Source of the DNA: Raillietiella orientalis
Lineage: Eukaryota
Assembly: GCA_036172245.1 (NCBI GenBank)
Contig: JAYWIR010000009.1
Span: forward strand, 2,790,001 to 2,854,000
DNA: 64,000 bases
Direction of reading: 5' to 3'
Positions 25,141 to 37,887 of the stretch are shown here, one piece after another (position 1 is the stretch's first letter; every line of letters begins with the position of its first letter). The notes under the pieces are model-generated. The model was not told where the DNA came from, ran no database searches, and worked only from the letters and a program-made list of their open reading frames with translations. A program made the position numbers and the translations under genes.

Positions 25141-25699
25141 AGCCTCGGCGCACCCAACGGTCCGGTGGCGAAGGACCTACGATTCCGCTTTGGACCCCGC
25201 GTCGCAGTCTTCAGCGGCAGGCGAAGAAGGACCGCAAGTTTTGCGGGCAGCGAAAATTTTCGGGTCCAGACTGCGGTCCCGATCTCTCCTTCCCCCCTGA
25301 AAATCTGTCAAGGACTCGCTCTCTTGTTTTCCGTCCAGATGTTCTCCATCCTCTCCCCTCGCAGAACAGCGCTGGTGGTGAGCACAAAACCCATTGCTCC
25401 CGGCCCAATGGTTGCTTCCTTAATCATTCAGGGCCTCGATGCTCCTGACAGGATCGTGCGATTCCCTCGTTCCCTCACTCCTTTCTCCAGGACCGGTGGC
25501 GAGGAATTCCTCTCCGTCCCGAGCGTCAGTTTTGAACTGCGCCTTTCGATCCCCTCGTGCTTCTTCCCCTTTCCCTCCCTCCTCCTCTTCCTCCGCCTTT
25601 CCATCCTTCTCCCGCCTTTACCACCGGAAACCTGACTGCCAGTAGTCACGCGCCAGAGAATTCCGGGATCCCGCAGGAGCGGCTCCCGGGACTGACGAT

Positions 25700-26100
25700 T
25701 GCCGCGAAAGGGCTTTCTGAGTTCTACTGACCTCTAAAATTTCTCTCCGAAGAGTCCAGAAGTCGAACTTTCCTCCGAGCGCCGTCAAAGCTTCTCGCGC
25801 GAGTCGCGGCCTCCACTCCCACCGGGAGAGGCGGACCGCCCGCAGGTCGAGCTACCGCTGGGAATCGATCAGACCTCCCCGACTCGGGACACGTCGAAGC
25901 AACCGACGCGTGCATCTGAGCATCCGACCCACGAAGGCTGCTTCCCGGAGCGACGAAACGTCACCGATCGACCCCCTTCTTCCCGGAAGCAGCGGGGGGT
26001 CCTTTCGCCGAGCGGGAACCGCGGCGCAAAACGGAGGAGGCTTTTCGCTTCACTTTCGCCTTCTTCCGGAGAAGCCGTTCCCTGGCAATGGTTCCTCTCA
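25700..26100 (-). mobile_element. Possible ORF1 zinc-knuckle remnant
   Basis: STCPESGRSDRFP resembles CxxCxExGH..CP. Confidence 0.3.
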
Positions 26101-26299
26101 TCCCCCACGCTCGTGTCATTCGCTCTTTTGCTTTTTCAGTGTCAGGAAGCAGACCACGCTCTCCGCCTGGTCACGTATCAGCTTTGCTCCCTAATTATTC
26201 GTCTCTCTCCTCCTACTCTATCTACGCCCTTTCTCCAAAGAGACCCGGTCACTCCTGTTTGAGGCCAGCACATGTCAGTCCATTTTACTTATTCGTGTC

Positions 26300-27100
26300 A
26301 AGTGGTCCATGGATCCGAGTCGAGAAGGAACGCAGGGTGGAGAAGGCATCGGAGAAAAGAGCTGCAAAGGGGGGGAAGAATTGCCCGTGGCATCGACCGA
26401 ACACGAGGCAGTGGAGACCTCAGTTACCCCTAAGAAAGGTTTGCGACCGCGCCGAACCACACCAGCAACTCCCCAGGCCTTTGGAACGGCACGACGAGCT
26501 CTCTGTGGAGCGAAATTTTTCCCAGTGGCCTCCTCGTCCGAGGCATTCAGGTGGCCAAACGGCAGACCTCAGCTGCGTCCTCCGCGCGTGGCACCGTGCG
26601 TCGCAGGTTCGAATCCCGCCGAGAGTGGGGAGTGCGTCGTCGCAGGTCTATCGAGTCTCCCACCCCTGCCAAAATGACACCGGTTGGCCCACGGGTTTCG
26701 GGTGCGACACTGGTGGAAGCTGAATGATTCCCTTGACGGGTCAAGATTGAAAGTTGACCTTCCAGGGTCCTTCCAAGAACCAGGAAGTCCTTCCCCCCGG
26801 TTGTGCAAATGCAATCGTCCACCCCTTCAGGGGGAGGGCGACTCTGCATCGCGCGCCATGGAGTTGGTTCAGTGTCAGTAGCCTACTGCTCCTTTCGAAG
26901 ACAAACAGGGAGAGGGATCCCTCCCAAACGTGAGAGCAACGGACCCCTTCTCCCGGTGCTTTCCGGATTCTAAGGGTGTTCCGTAAAGGGCGCCCCGGGT
27001 CGGTCTCCTCCTCCTATTCTGATCCTGTTCCGACAGAACTCGCCAAGGCCATGACTCGGCGAGTTCTCCTCCTTCCTGCATCCTTTGAGGTCTCCAGAAC
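26300..27100 (+). mobile_element. Decayed APE endonuclease C-half and linker
   Basis: SSQVYRV (~SRIDR), WWKLNDSL (~WKLNxSLL); homologous to 50600-51150. Confidence 0.65.
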
Positions 27101-27259
27101 ATTTTGCGATCCGGTGCCTCTCTCTCCCCCTCCCCTCTCATTCATTCAGCCCCAAGGATTCCCTTTCCCGCCTTCTTCCCTCTCCGTGGAAAAGGTTGAA
27201 TCCTTAAGGAGCAAGGGAGAGAGAGGGTGTAGAACGTAGAACAGGATCACATGAAACCT

Positions 27260-27560
27260 GATCGCATGAAGCAGGAACACGTGGAACTTGACCCCGGAGC
27301 GCATCGCAGGTGCCGCCGTGAAATGCTTGCATGGTCGCCTCCCTTTTCGCTAAATACCCTGGAAACATCCTGGTTGCGGCGAAACACCCTCTCCGAATCC
27401 GCGCGCCAGCAGGTGCAGGGGATGTCGCAGGCCCAACTCCCTGGCCGAACACCCCAGCCGCGAAACGAGGCACGGGGATGGCTTGAGGTCGATTCTTTTC
27501 AGCGTGGTTCTTGAGTCGGTGTTCATCTGAACACCGATACACTCCAGCCTTTGACGCACA
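27260..27560 (-). pseudogene. RNase HI-like domain remnant
   Basis: VQMNTDSRTTLKRI, RNQDV (~VxNxDL), GVKFHV. Confidence 0.6.
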
Positions 27561-27799
27561 ATTTCGATGCGTCCTCCATCCCCCGCCCACTGCTTTTTGT
27601 TTTCTTGTCCTTCCTCCGGCAACGCGGAGGAACGGGCTGACGACCCCTGCTCAAAGCCCGAAAGGAAGGAGAAGAGCGCTGCCCCTCATCGGAAGGGCGA
27701 GCGGGAACCTGCGCCTCCCGCGTTGGCTGCGTGCCTGCGCGTTGGCCCTGGGGCTGCGCCGGGGATTGTTTCCTTTCCTCCTCCCGGGACTCCACCCGT

Positions 27800-28850
27800 G
27801 CTCTTTTCCTGCCTCTTCCTCGCAGGAGAGCCACCGACCTAGCCTGAGTGGTGCTCCATGCCGTTCCCCTGGTGGCGGCTTCCAGCCCCGCCAGCCACCA
27901 GACTACCAGGCCGCAGCCCCAGAGGGTCGTGCTTACTCTCGAGTAGCAGGCAGCAGAGTTCTGGACCACCCATCGGTGCAGCCCTGCCAAGCCCGGCTCC
28001 GGGAGGCTGCCGCTCAGGAGCCGTTCCACGCCCAAGACTGCGGCCGATGCGAGTGCTAGCTTCAGCGCGATAGTTGCCTTGGCGCAGGACCGCGCGTGGA
28101 TCTCCTGCCCGCCCAGGAAGCTGCGCGCTCTGGGAACAACCCAGACGTGGACGAAGGGAGAAGTGCAGTGCCCGCGTAGGTCTCCTTCCAGCTACGCTCG
28201 CCGTTCGCTACAGGAGATTGTGGGATGCCCCAAGAAGACCTGACTGGCCGCAAGGGACTCCGCTTGCTAAGGAGAGGTGACCGCGACGATCTGGCGGGAC
28301 GGGAAAGGGGGCGTCCCGTGAAGTCTCAGGGTGAAAAAGACTGTTGCTTGCTGGACAGCGCGTCCACTGGCTGACCACTCCAGAGAACTTCCCCATCGGG
28401 CGGATCTTCCTTGGAACCCTCCAGGATGAAGTGGAGATCCCCGTGGAGATCTCGGACAGCTCCGTGCTTCCCTAGTATTGGAGGCCGGACTGTTTCCCGG
28501 TGCCGTTCCATGTAGCGCACGCTTCCACCGTCTTCATCCGGTTCCGCCAGGCAGTTTATTACCCCTTCTCTCCCCAAAAATGGAAAAACAAGAAGCCACG
28601 TAGGGGTTCCCGCGGAAAGAGGGGTTTTCGCGCTCCCGTCGCCGAACCCGCGGAGCGGCCTACCCCTCTTGAGAATTCGCGTTTCCGCGACCCCGTCGCT
28701 GCAAGGGGCAGGAAGCTCGCGTCGCCGAGCCGGGCGGCTCGGTCGCGCGCTGCGGAAGGGGTGGCTCGCGCGCTTCCGTGGCTTCTCATCCGGGTGCGGC
28801 GGGGCGTTTCTTTCAAGAATAAACATTTCAGGAGAACTGTGGTTGAACCG
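27800..28850 (+). mobile_element. Decayed LINE ORF2, linker and RT subdomains 1-2
   Basis: PDCFPVPFH (~PDGFPxEFY), ERPTPLENS (~WRPITLLN), ALPWLLI. Confidence 0.6.
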
Positions 28851-28859
28851 GTGGTCCGA

Positions 28860-29940
28860 CCGAGCACAATTTAATGGAGGTCTGTTGGGTCACCGGTTCG
28901 GAGATCGGCGAGGTCCACCACGGCAGCAGAGAGGAGGGGACCAACAAAAGATAAAAAAGAAACAAAAATAAAGATAAATACACTTTGGGGTGGGTGGGGT
29001 GTGGGAAGAGATTATTGTCTGCTGATGGCGGTCCTGTGCATCTTCCATAGGATGCCGGCATGGCCTTGCTGGGTAGTCCTGTCCAAGTGGGGCCATCGCA
29101 TTGTCATCCTGATGAGGAGGACAGAGAAGTGGATGACATCCCTGTCGCTGAACCCTCCTGTTGCGTTGCTCCATCCAGCGACGATACGGCGTAGGCAGCA
29201 CAGAGCTGCTAGGGAAGCAACTGGCCCAAGGGCGTCGTGAACGAAGAGGGGTTTCCCTGGAGTGGCCTGCGGGGACTCCCAGGGCCGCAGCAAAGCGTTC
29301 TCACATGGGCCGGAAGGCAACACAATCCACTAGCAGGTGGGAGAGGGATTCCCGCTCCCTGCGCCTCCCTCAGCACACACCCCGTGTCTAATGATGCCAT
29401 CGGGTGTTGCACGGGAAACACCAGTGCAGCAGCAACAGCGTCGAATTCCGCCACTTCAAGGGGAGGGTGCGGGTGTTCATGAGCGCCGGAGGCCACTTCA
29501 GGTATTCCAACGGAACATCCAGTAAGTAGCTCACCCCAGCGCAAGAGTCCATAGGGTTGTGTACTCGGGGTCTCAGCGTCGGTGAGCTGGCTTGTCTTCC
29601 ACTCGCCCAGTCTTTTCGTCCTTTCGGAGATGGTAATTTTAACTTACTATTTCGCCGCGATGCTGCTGTCCAGCTGTTCCTAAGGGAGGGCAGTGCTGCG
29701 TGGCGAAAGTTCTTTCTGACCACAAGTTTCTTCCGAGATCCTCCAGGATCTCTCAGAGCGTGCAGAGGTTTTTGCGCACGAACAGGAAACGACGCATCTG
29801 TTCCGTGCGTTGCTCCTGGCTCCTCGCCCACGTGCGAACGGTTTCCTGTAGCCAAACACTACTGTTCGCGCTTCCGTCGCCGAACCCACGAAGAACAGGA
29901 GGCAGGGAGGATGCAGGAGAGGGGACAATGAATAAATAAA
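28860..29940 (-). mobile_element. LINE 3' portion, subfamily A2
   Basis: LLLLHWCFPCNTRWHH, ESLSHLLVDC, VASLAALCCLRRIVAGWS..DRDVI; A2 3' UTR. Confidence 0.85.
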
Positions 29941-29979
29941 TAGAGAGGAAAGGACGGTAGTCACCGGTCACACCCTCTT

Positions 29980-32550
29980 CGTCTTCTGAAACCTGCGCGC
30001 GATGTCAGCGGCGTCCTCCTTGACTCTGGCCATCCTTTGCAGACCGCTTTGCCGCATTCTTCATCGCTGCGGAGTTGAGGCGCGCGGTCTTTGCTGGTGC
30101 TCCTCCTGCGTATTCGGGGCTTCCTGGCGTGACGCGATAGAGAGCGAAAACTCGTTCTGGATCGGAGCAAGGAAGGGACTTTTCCGGGGTGTCTCGGAGA
30201 CGGAGTACGGCAGCCGCAAGGCGTCCGCAGCTGGCGCAGTCCGGAGAGGCGCCTCTTTTCCTCCTCAGCCACGCCGCCCAGCCGGTGGCGGCCTGGCGGG
30301 TTTTCCTCCCGACGGAGTGACCCTTCAGCGCGGGCACCGGGTATCAGCCAACTGACCCCCCCTCTACCGGCCCACCAGTTTCGCCACTCCTTCTGGGGCA
30401 GCGAAACTGGTTGGTGACCTCGTAGAAACGAGGCCAACCACCCTGCCGGTTGGCATCTGTCGTTTCCCTCCAGTAGGAGGGAAAGCGCCGAAGATAGTAG
30501 AGTAACAGTGGCTCGGGCCCACTTCTTACTATTCATTTCCAATTCCGCCAGGAAGACCGCTCCCAGGTGGTGAATAAAACATGTCAGGGTTGCGTTTCTA
30601 TGCACGATGCGGGTCCATGGTGTGCAGCTCTTGTCGGCACCATGGACCCGCATCGGGTTTAGGTGCCCGCAGCCTCCTGGCCACAAGAGTCGTAGTCTGA
30701 AGGGCGGTGTTCCTCGCGTAGCGCAGACGTTGACTACTTCAGTAGGGATCCGAGCGCCTCCGTGCAGTCTCCGTTGCAAGGTAGCAACGACGCCTCTCCG
30801 TCGCACCCGACCGCGAGCCTCAGGGTTTCGCGCTCCAGCAGGCATCAAAGCACTGCTTCCTCGCTGGTCAGCTCCCGCTGCGTGCAAGCAGAGGTGTTGC
30901 CTACAGTGGGAGGAGAGCGTGGTCTCTATTCCCTTGGGTGGCGTCCAAGGAAGCGGCTTCCACTCTTTCACGATTGCCCTAGGGCGGTTGAAAGGCCACC
31001 AGCTCCCAGTCTGACTCCCTGCTTCTTACACTCTCTCGCGTGCCCGAGTCAGACTCCAGGGAACCAGGGCGAACTCCAGGGACCTTGCTTACTTACTTCC
31101 TTTTCCTACCTATAAGCATTCTTAGAGTGACACAGGTCCTCAGATGGATGACCCTGAGGATGCTTGACCCTTTCTTGCTGTACCTTCCTGCCATTTACTT
31201 TTCCCGAGTGACGCAGCATACCAGGATGGGAAGTTTTCTTTTCGTGAATCCCTGAGCTTGCGAACTGCACCGCGGCGTCTCTCCCCATCACCGCGTTTCG
31301 AAGAGGTGCACGAAGGAAAGCGCATTATCCTCTTTGCTCTGCCAGCGTCCCAGTCTCCCCGAAGGCTGCCCAGCCTTTCGTCAAATGCTGAGCACGTTAA
31401 CCCCCGGTGGTTGGGGTGGAAGGGGAGTAGTCAAGGAGTCTCCCTTTGAGGTTTCGTCTCCGCGGAGAGGACGCCTCCCCCACGTTGGCAGGTCCCGGAC
31501 CGCGGCCACCACTACGAGGCGGCTGCGTTTTCTCTCCCTTCGCCTATCACCGTTCGACTTTCCGGGAGGCCCACCACGAACTCCCCCGGAGAGCCGAGGT
31601 TCTCAAGAGCTGACCTGGCTGGCGAGGGTATGGCGCGAAGAGCGACAGACGCCCTTCGCCCAGCGACCCTCGAACGCATCTCGCGCACCTGCTGGGACCG
31701 CGTTGCCGGCTGTGCACCACTGTCTTACCCGGTCAGCAGCAGCATCCGCCCTGCTTCTACCGCCACCGGCTCTTCCATTCCTTATCCAAGAGATTCTAAG
31801 GCTCCCTCGCCGAGGCATCGTTGGCCAGACTGACTGAGGTCTTGGCCAGCCTCTACCTTGTGGGGTTCTCATCGCAGCAGTTTCCATCTGGGGGTGGTCT
31901 GGAGAAACGCTTTCACTGTTTGTTGCAGTTCTGCAGCGAGAGCGCTCGGAATAGAAGACGAGGGAGGTCGGGGGCTAGGGAATAGGACGGCAGAATCTGC
32001 CCTCATCCCTGCCAGAGAAGGATGTAGCACTAAAAGGTTAACAGGGAGAGGATACGAAACACTTCCAGAGTCAGAGATCTCCAGGGTCACGGGTGACTTC
32101 TCTCCGTCCTGTGCATACGGCGGGGCGCCTATGATCTCTTTGCCTCCCGATGATTTTGCTGCACCTTGGGGTCAACCCATGGACCCTATGAGCTCAGTTT
32201 CGAAAGCAGCACGAGAACGCCAACGCTCCAGATTTTCTTCGGTCCCATCCATGCACCGCAAGAGGATCCCGTGCTGTTCCCGGACGGCATAAGAGAAACA
32301 AGAGGAGGAGCACAACTTCGAGCCTCTCGGGACCACCACAGACGGAGGGGAGGTGGAATCCCGGAGCAACGGGAACCTGGAAGCTGAAAGAACCCACTCT
32401 GGGCCGCCAGGATGCTTTGCTTCGCACGGTACGCGTGAACTCCTCCCTCAGAAGCCGTTCTCATGGAGCGCAACCTTTCTTCGAGTACCCCACACGTCTC
32501 CCGTCCCTTGGTATTTGCCTTATCAGCTTTTTCGATGAAGATGGTGGCCT
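29980..32550 (-). mobile_element. Decayed LINE 5' part: ORF1 and APE endonuclease
   Basis: RCARC knuckle remnant near 31.7 kb; RRRGVVATL, EVVNVCAT (~VNVYAP), GGCGHLN (~GGDFN) in the 336-aa ORF. Confidence 0.65.
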
Positions 32551-32599
32551 CTCGAGTCGCGCTTACCCTCTCTGCCACCTCTCCTGCCTCCTCACAGAA

Positions 32600-33010
32600 A
32601 AAGTGAAAGGAGGAGGGGGAGGAAGAAGAGGAGGGAAGATGAAGAAGGGAGAGGAAGAGGAGAAAGACGAAAGGAGGAAGAAAGGGAAGGAAAGAAGATT
32701 AGGAAAGGAAGAGAAGAAAAAGAGAAGGAAGGAGGAAAGGAACTGGAAGAGGAAGGGAGGGGAAAGTGTGGAGAAAGGAAAGAGGAGGAAGAGGAAGAAA
32801 TGGAAAGGAAGAGGAGGAGAAAGGAAAGAGGAAGAGGAAAGAAAGAGGAGGAGGAAAGAAAGAGGAGGAGGAAAGGAGATGGAGGAGTAGCAAAAAGATG
32901 AAAGGATAGGGAGAATAAAGGTAGGAAGAGGAGAGGAAGAGGAGAAGAGAGAAGGAGAAAGAGAGAGGAGGAGGAAGAGAAGAGAACAAAAGGAAAGGAA
33001 CGAGGGGAAA
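32600..33010. repeat. Homopurine (GA-rich) tract
   Basis: Almost only G/A over about 400 bp. Confidence 0.95.
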
Positions 33011-33429
33011 AAAGACCTGCAAGAGAAGACCCTGTGTATTTTCTCGAGCTTCACTGGTTCCAGAAGGTCGCTGGAATCTTGTCCTTCATCGCTGGAGGCA
33101 GCATGTGATCTGTCAGGGAGCGCACGCCTTCTTTGTCTCCGGACAAGTTGCTCCTCCTCAAACCCGCGCCCGACAAGACCTCTTCCATCAGCGGCATTGA
33201 CGGGCGGCAAAAGAATGCGCTAGATGAGCCGGGATCGATTCGTTGAGTGACGGGGAGTCCACGAGTCTCCCTCCCTTGCCCCTTCCTGCAAGCTCCAGAA
33301 GCGCGCCGTCGCGTGCCTGCGTTGCCACGCGTTTCCCAAGGATGCTGCTTCTGCTGCTGAGGCGTCCTTCCCTTCCGTTCGGTCCTCTCGGAACGCGCGA
33401 TGATGCGCAGAGCAGGGAGGCGAGAGACG

Positions 33430-33850
33430 GGAAGGATGGATGAGACGGAAGCCATGGCGTCACCACCAGCAAGAGCGAGGAGAGCCGTCCCTCGGCGGCA
33501 GCGCGTGGCGTACACACGCACGAATCCCGAGCGTCGTCGGAGACGCGCGGAATTCGCCGCCGCCGTGGCGCAAATGCCGAGCAATCGCCTATAAGAGGAA
33601 CCGGACCTTCCCGTGGTTTGCGCAGGCCGCTCTTAGAACCGACAAAGATAAGCGGAGAATCCACGGAGCTCGCTCCCTCTCCCCTCCCCTCCGAAACAGC
33701 TGGTGTCGGGCTGCGTGTCTTCCTCCGACGGAGCCCACAGCAGCGCAACCGACGCGCCCTTCCACCGATCGTGGCGTAGCTGGAAGGGCGCGTCGAGAGC
33801 ACAAGAGAGCACGGGCGCACCCTCTTGTGCACGCCCTCGGGAGATAGTTG
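33430..33850 (+). pseudogene. RNase HI-like domain remnant
   Basis: DGSHG, RRAEFAAAVAQM (~RAELxA), LRTDKDKRRIHG (~TDSxYxIxG), LRNSW, KRARAH. Confidence 0.6.
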
Positions 33851-33879
33851 TTCATCGCAAAAACTTGGAAACTCATGGG

Positions 33880-34320
33880 AAGGTTGAAGAGAAGGAGGGA
33901 GGAAGGAGAACGGAAGAGGAGAAGAAGGGGAAAAAAAAGAGGAGGAGGAAAAAAAGGAGGAAGATGAAGAGGAAGGCAGGAAGAAGAGCACGAAAGGAAG
34001 ACGAGAAGGAAGGCAGGAAAGGAGGAAGAGAAAGAAGGCAGGAAGAGAAGGAAGGCAGGAAAGGAGGAAGAGAAAGAAGGCAGGAAGAGAAGGAAGGCAG
34101 GAAAGGAGGAAGAGAAGGTAGGCAAGAGAGAGAAGAGGCGTCATGAAGACGAGGAAGCAAAAAGGGAGAAGGAAAATAAGGTAGAGGGGGAGCACGAAGG
34201 GAGTGGGAAAAGAGGAAAATTGCAAAGGAAAAGAGAGACTGCGAAGAAGTAAGGAGAAGTGGAGGAGCACTCAGGAGAAAAAGGAATAGAGGAAGGGAAG
34301 AGAAAAGGTGGAGGAGGTGG
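33880..34320. repeat. GA-rich tract containing a 42-bp tandem unit (about 2.7 copies, 34003-34116)
   Basis: GAGAAGGAAGGCAGGAAAGGAGGAAGAGAAAGAAGGCAGGAA starts at 34003, 34045 and 34087 (last one partial). Confidence 0.9.
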
Positions 34321-34329
34321 AGGGTATCC

Positions 34330-35050
34330 GCGTATGCCGCTGTCTCCGTCCTCTGGATCGCCATTCCATCCTCGTGCTTGGAGTCCTCTCCCCAGCAGCC
34401 TCTTCTTCATAGTCCAGACGCCCGGACCGGGACTCAATGTCGCTCCTCCCGCATCCGCACTCTCGTGAGGCCGGTTCAGAGAGAGCGTTCCGCTCAGGGA
34501 ATTCGGGCAGGAGGCCGCCATCGGGGCTCGAACCCGCGTCCTCAGCTCGCTGCCGGCCTTTCTGGCCAGACCCCGCGCTGGTCGACGAGATCGGTACCGA
34601 ACGTAGTGCCTCCACCTCCGTGTGGACACCGACGATGGGCGGCAGTTCCTACCCCCCGGGGCTCATGGACTTTCGAGCCTGGACAGCCTCCTGCATCCCC
34701 TCCCCTCAAGAGGGGGGATAAGATGGGAACTGTTGGCCCCCCTAGCAAGGACAGGGATAATGGCTCCCGTGTGAGCTGCGGACCGAGGTGTCAGCCCTTC
34801 GCAGGGGCCGGGATATCCGGAAGACATCTTTGTGAACCCGCTTCCTCCGGCCCCGCAGCGCCATCTTGCCCTGCAACTACGAGGACACCGAGGCTGCTCA
34901 TTCCTTGCTGCGGAGCTGTGCCGGCCACTGGCGCGAGGTCACTCTTCCCCTTGTGACGTCTCTTCTACCCCAGAAGGTGGCGGGCTGTTTCACCTGACCT
35001 CAGCAGCGAGGGAGGATGATGACGTAGCGTGCGTTAGAGGACGCAGGATC
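34330..35050 (-). mobile_element. Decayed APE endonuclease C-half
   Basis: SPGPGVWTMKKRLL (~GPGxWKLNxxLL). Confidence 0.6.
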
Positions 35051-35225
35051 AATCTCCTCTTCTTTATTGATTTTTCATTTGTTCACTGCCCCTCATCCCC
35101 GTCTTCCCAGACATCTCCCTCTGAATCAGCTGCGTCTCTGGAGGTGACCACCACTCCGTGCGAGACACCACTAGGTTCTGTTCTTCTGCCGCCTCCGGCA
35201 AAGAAACTCCCTGCTGCGGCCGAAC

Positions 35226-35760
35226 CGCCCCGACACGCCGCGGCATTTATTTAAAGTACAAGAAGAAATAAAAGACCCGTGGAAGCTTCGGGAAGGCTCT
35301 GCAGGGATCAGAGGGAGGAGCTTCTTGCATCACTTCCGCGACCGTAGTCTTGTCGGAACGGTGGGAATGCTCCACCGGCATTGCTCCCATGCGTTCCCGA
35401 ACTTCCTTTACTTTTATTTATTTTCAATAAGACTGATGGATCCAGCGAGGTCCGGAAATTCGTGGGTAGGTTAAAGGAAGGGTTTTTTCCCACCATTTCT
35501 ACAAGCCTTCGCCCCGCCTACTTCACTGCGATCCCCGAATTCCAAATTTCCATGGCCAAAGAATCGTTCGCCAGGAGGCGGTCTGGTCAACACGTCAGTG
35601 CGACACCCGGCGTCACCAGTACAAATTCCTCCCTGTGAGGATGGGCGCCCCCGGCAAGAAGAGCAGATGAGTTCCGCGAATCCCTGCGTGATGACGCCAG
35701 CTCCGAAACCGCTCCAGGATTCGAGCGTGAGCCGCTCATGCAAACAGCCAGATTGGGAGT
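35226..35760 (-). mobile_element. 3' end of a further LINE family
   Basis: LHERL..LICSSCRG (zinc-finger-like); terminal motif at 35226-35251; UTR not evidently similar to A1/A2. Confidence 0.45.
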
Positions 35761-35965
35761 GGACTCCTTCCGGGATCGTTAACTGCTATTCGGGGTTCGT
35801 CACCCTCACCTGCCTCGCACCGACCTCGGCCGCGAGCAACCGTGTTGTTGCCATCACAAACCAATGGCTGTGCAGCCATTCCGACGCCGCCCCTCCCCCT
35901 CCGGGGAGGAACAATGCTTCTTCAGCACCCAGGAAGAGGAAAGAAGGAAGAAGAGGAGGAGCAGA

Positions 35966-36854
35966 AAGGAGAGGAGGGGGAGAACAGGGAGGGAGGAAGG
36001 AGAAGAGAAGGAGGAAAGGGAGAAGGAGGAGAATGGGGAGGAAAGGATGTACCCAGCTAATTCTCAGCACCCGGCTGGAGACACGTGAAAAGCAGTCGGA
36101 ATCTGGTCGCTCGGGGAAGAGCTCCTTACCAAGGTCCGATCCATCTTCCTGAGCGTTCCTGGGGAACAGCCCCCGCCAACAAGAGCGAAGGAAAACGCTC
36201 CGCTGGGGCACTTGGTGCGAAGGTCGCTGCTGAGGTCCGACCCCGCCTCCACGAGCGCGAAGTCCAGTTTCCGCAGCCTTGTCCACTCCGCTGCCCTGCC
36301 TCAGACGCCCGAACCCGTGCGCACCCGCGCCTTCGGCATCCGCGTCGGGTTTCGTACCCGGCACGCTGGGATTGGAGGACGCAGGACCCAAGATGGCCGC
36401 GCTCTGCGGCTTTGCTGGATCGACGACTGGCGAATCGAATCTCCAGCTGTTGCAGCCGACCCGGACCGCGGTTCGGGCTGTGCAAGAATAAAGGGTCAGG
36501 CATCTGCGAGACCGAGTCCAGGGGCCCTGGACGTCGCTGGAAAAAGGACCACCAGCCGCCAAGTGAACCTTCTCGCTGGCGGCGGGACCTCTGAAGAGAG
36601 ACGACGCGTGAGCAAACGAGGGCTGTGGACCGATCGGGAGGTGGCGTCGGTTCTCCTGAGGCGGGCGAAGGGGACAGCGGAAGACACGGAGCGCCGGTGA
36701 TGTGGAGGCGACCCGGTCAGCCCGCGATCGTCCTGACCCCGCCACTTCCGCGTTCCCCTTCCGGCTCTGCCCCTTCCGGCGGACCTCGCTCGAGGAAGGC
36801 GGCGACGCGCTCCCTCGGACGGCGGTCACGCCCCTCGTTCCGGTCAGGAGATCA

Positions 36855-36887
<33 letters not shown>

Positions 36888-37887
36888 AGCGTGTGCACGT
36901 GGCGGAGGGAGAGTGGCCAGCGAGGAAGGGGTCTCGGTGAGCCGCGAGGGGTGTGGCCTGCTTCCGAGCACGTCCTGAGGGGTGCGTCCTCGGGCAGCTG
37001 GGACGCGGGCACCCGCCCGCTGCAGCGTCCCGAACGCGCATCTCTCGGCGCTCGCCGCGCTCGCGGAGGCGCGGTGACCTCGGTCGCCGTTGCGAGAGGG
37101 CGCGCGGTGCACGGCGAAGGCGGCCAGGGACGGAAGCGTCGATCGGGAAGCGCGCTGAATCGGGGAGTTTTCTCCGGGAACTCGAGGAAAGTCGATGCGC
37201 GGCCGGGTGAGATGGCCCCTCTCGTTCCGCAGCTCCGCCGCAGGGGCTCTGCCTCGGGCGTCGTGAACGGCAGAAGCGCAGAAGAACCTCGTTGCGAAGA
37301 GGAAGAAGATGAAGCCGGGCTGAGGTTCAGCTGCAGAGCTGAGGGATGAACAGGCTGAGGCTTGGGCGGTGGCGCAGTTGGATGACCTCTGATCTTCGGC
37401 AACGATAGCCTTGGTCTCGGTCCTCCCTCGTCCTGTGTCTCTCCAGAGTTGGAGCAGGCGATGCCGGGAAAGCTGGCTGGCTGGCTGGCTGCATCGCATG
37501 GTCGCTTCGTGGTACTCCCGAAGTGCTGCCGTGTCATCGCGCGGGGGCTCCTCAAACCCAGGTGCCACCTTCCAGGCTTTCCTCGCGAAGATGACCTTCC
37601 CTGGCTTCTGGCAGCTTTTTTGCCGGCAGGTGTGTGATTTGCCGTGGCGGCTGCGACGCCTACTTCTTTTCCCGAGGATGCCGTTGCTACGGAAACACCC
37701 GCTGACGAAGAGGGAAGCGGCGGTCCCTTGCTGCTGCCTTGCGCGGATGGACGTTTCTTCCACCTGCGAAGAATTCCGGTCAGCATCGTTGCACGTCCTC
37801 GTCCTGCTCGCCTCGAGCTGTCCCGGCGAGCCTCCCAGATTTTGCAGCTGCAGTGGTACTCGGCGGGTGTTCGGTTTGCCCAGGTGA
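35966..37887 (-). repeat. Right arm of the 1922-bp inverted duplication
   Basis: Reverse complement of 18281-20202; contains RTCSEAGHTPRGSP knuckle remnant. Confidence 0.95.

Noticed and set aside
26544..26627. tRNA-like or SINE-like segment (A-box TGGCCAAACGG at 26552, B-box GGTTCGAATCC at 26606)
   Set aside because: The cloverleaf is imperfect and the segment lies collinearly within endonuclease coding remnants. The homologue at about 50630-50720 keeps GGTTCGAA but not the fold. tRNAscan-SE would settle it.
32417..34364. Long K/E/R-rich or F/L/S-rich ORFs
   Set aside because: Translations of homopurine/homopyrimidine tracts that lack stop codons by composition.
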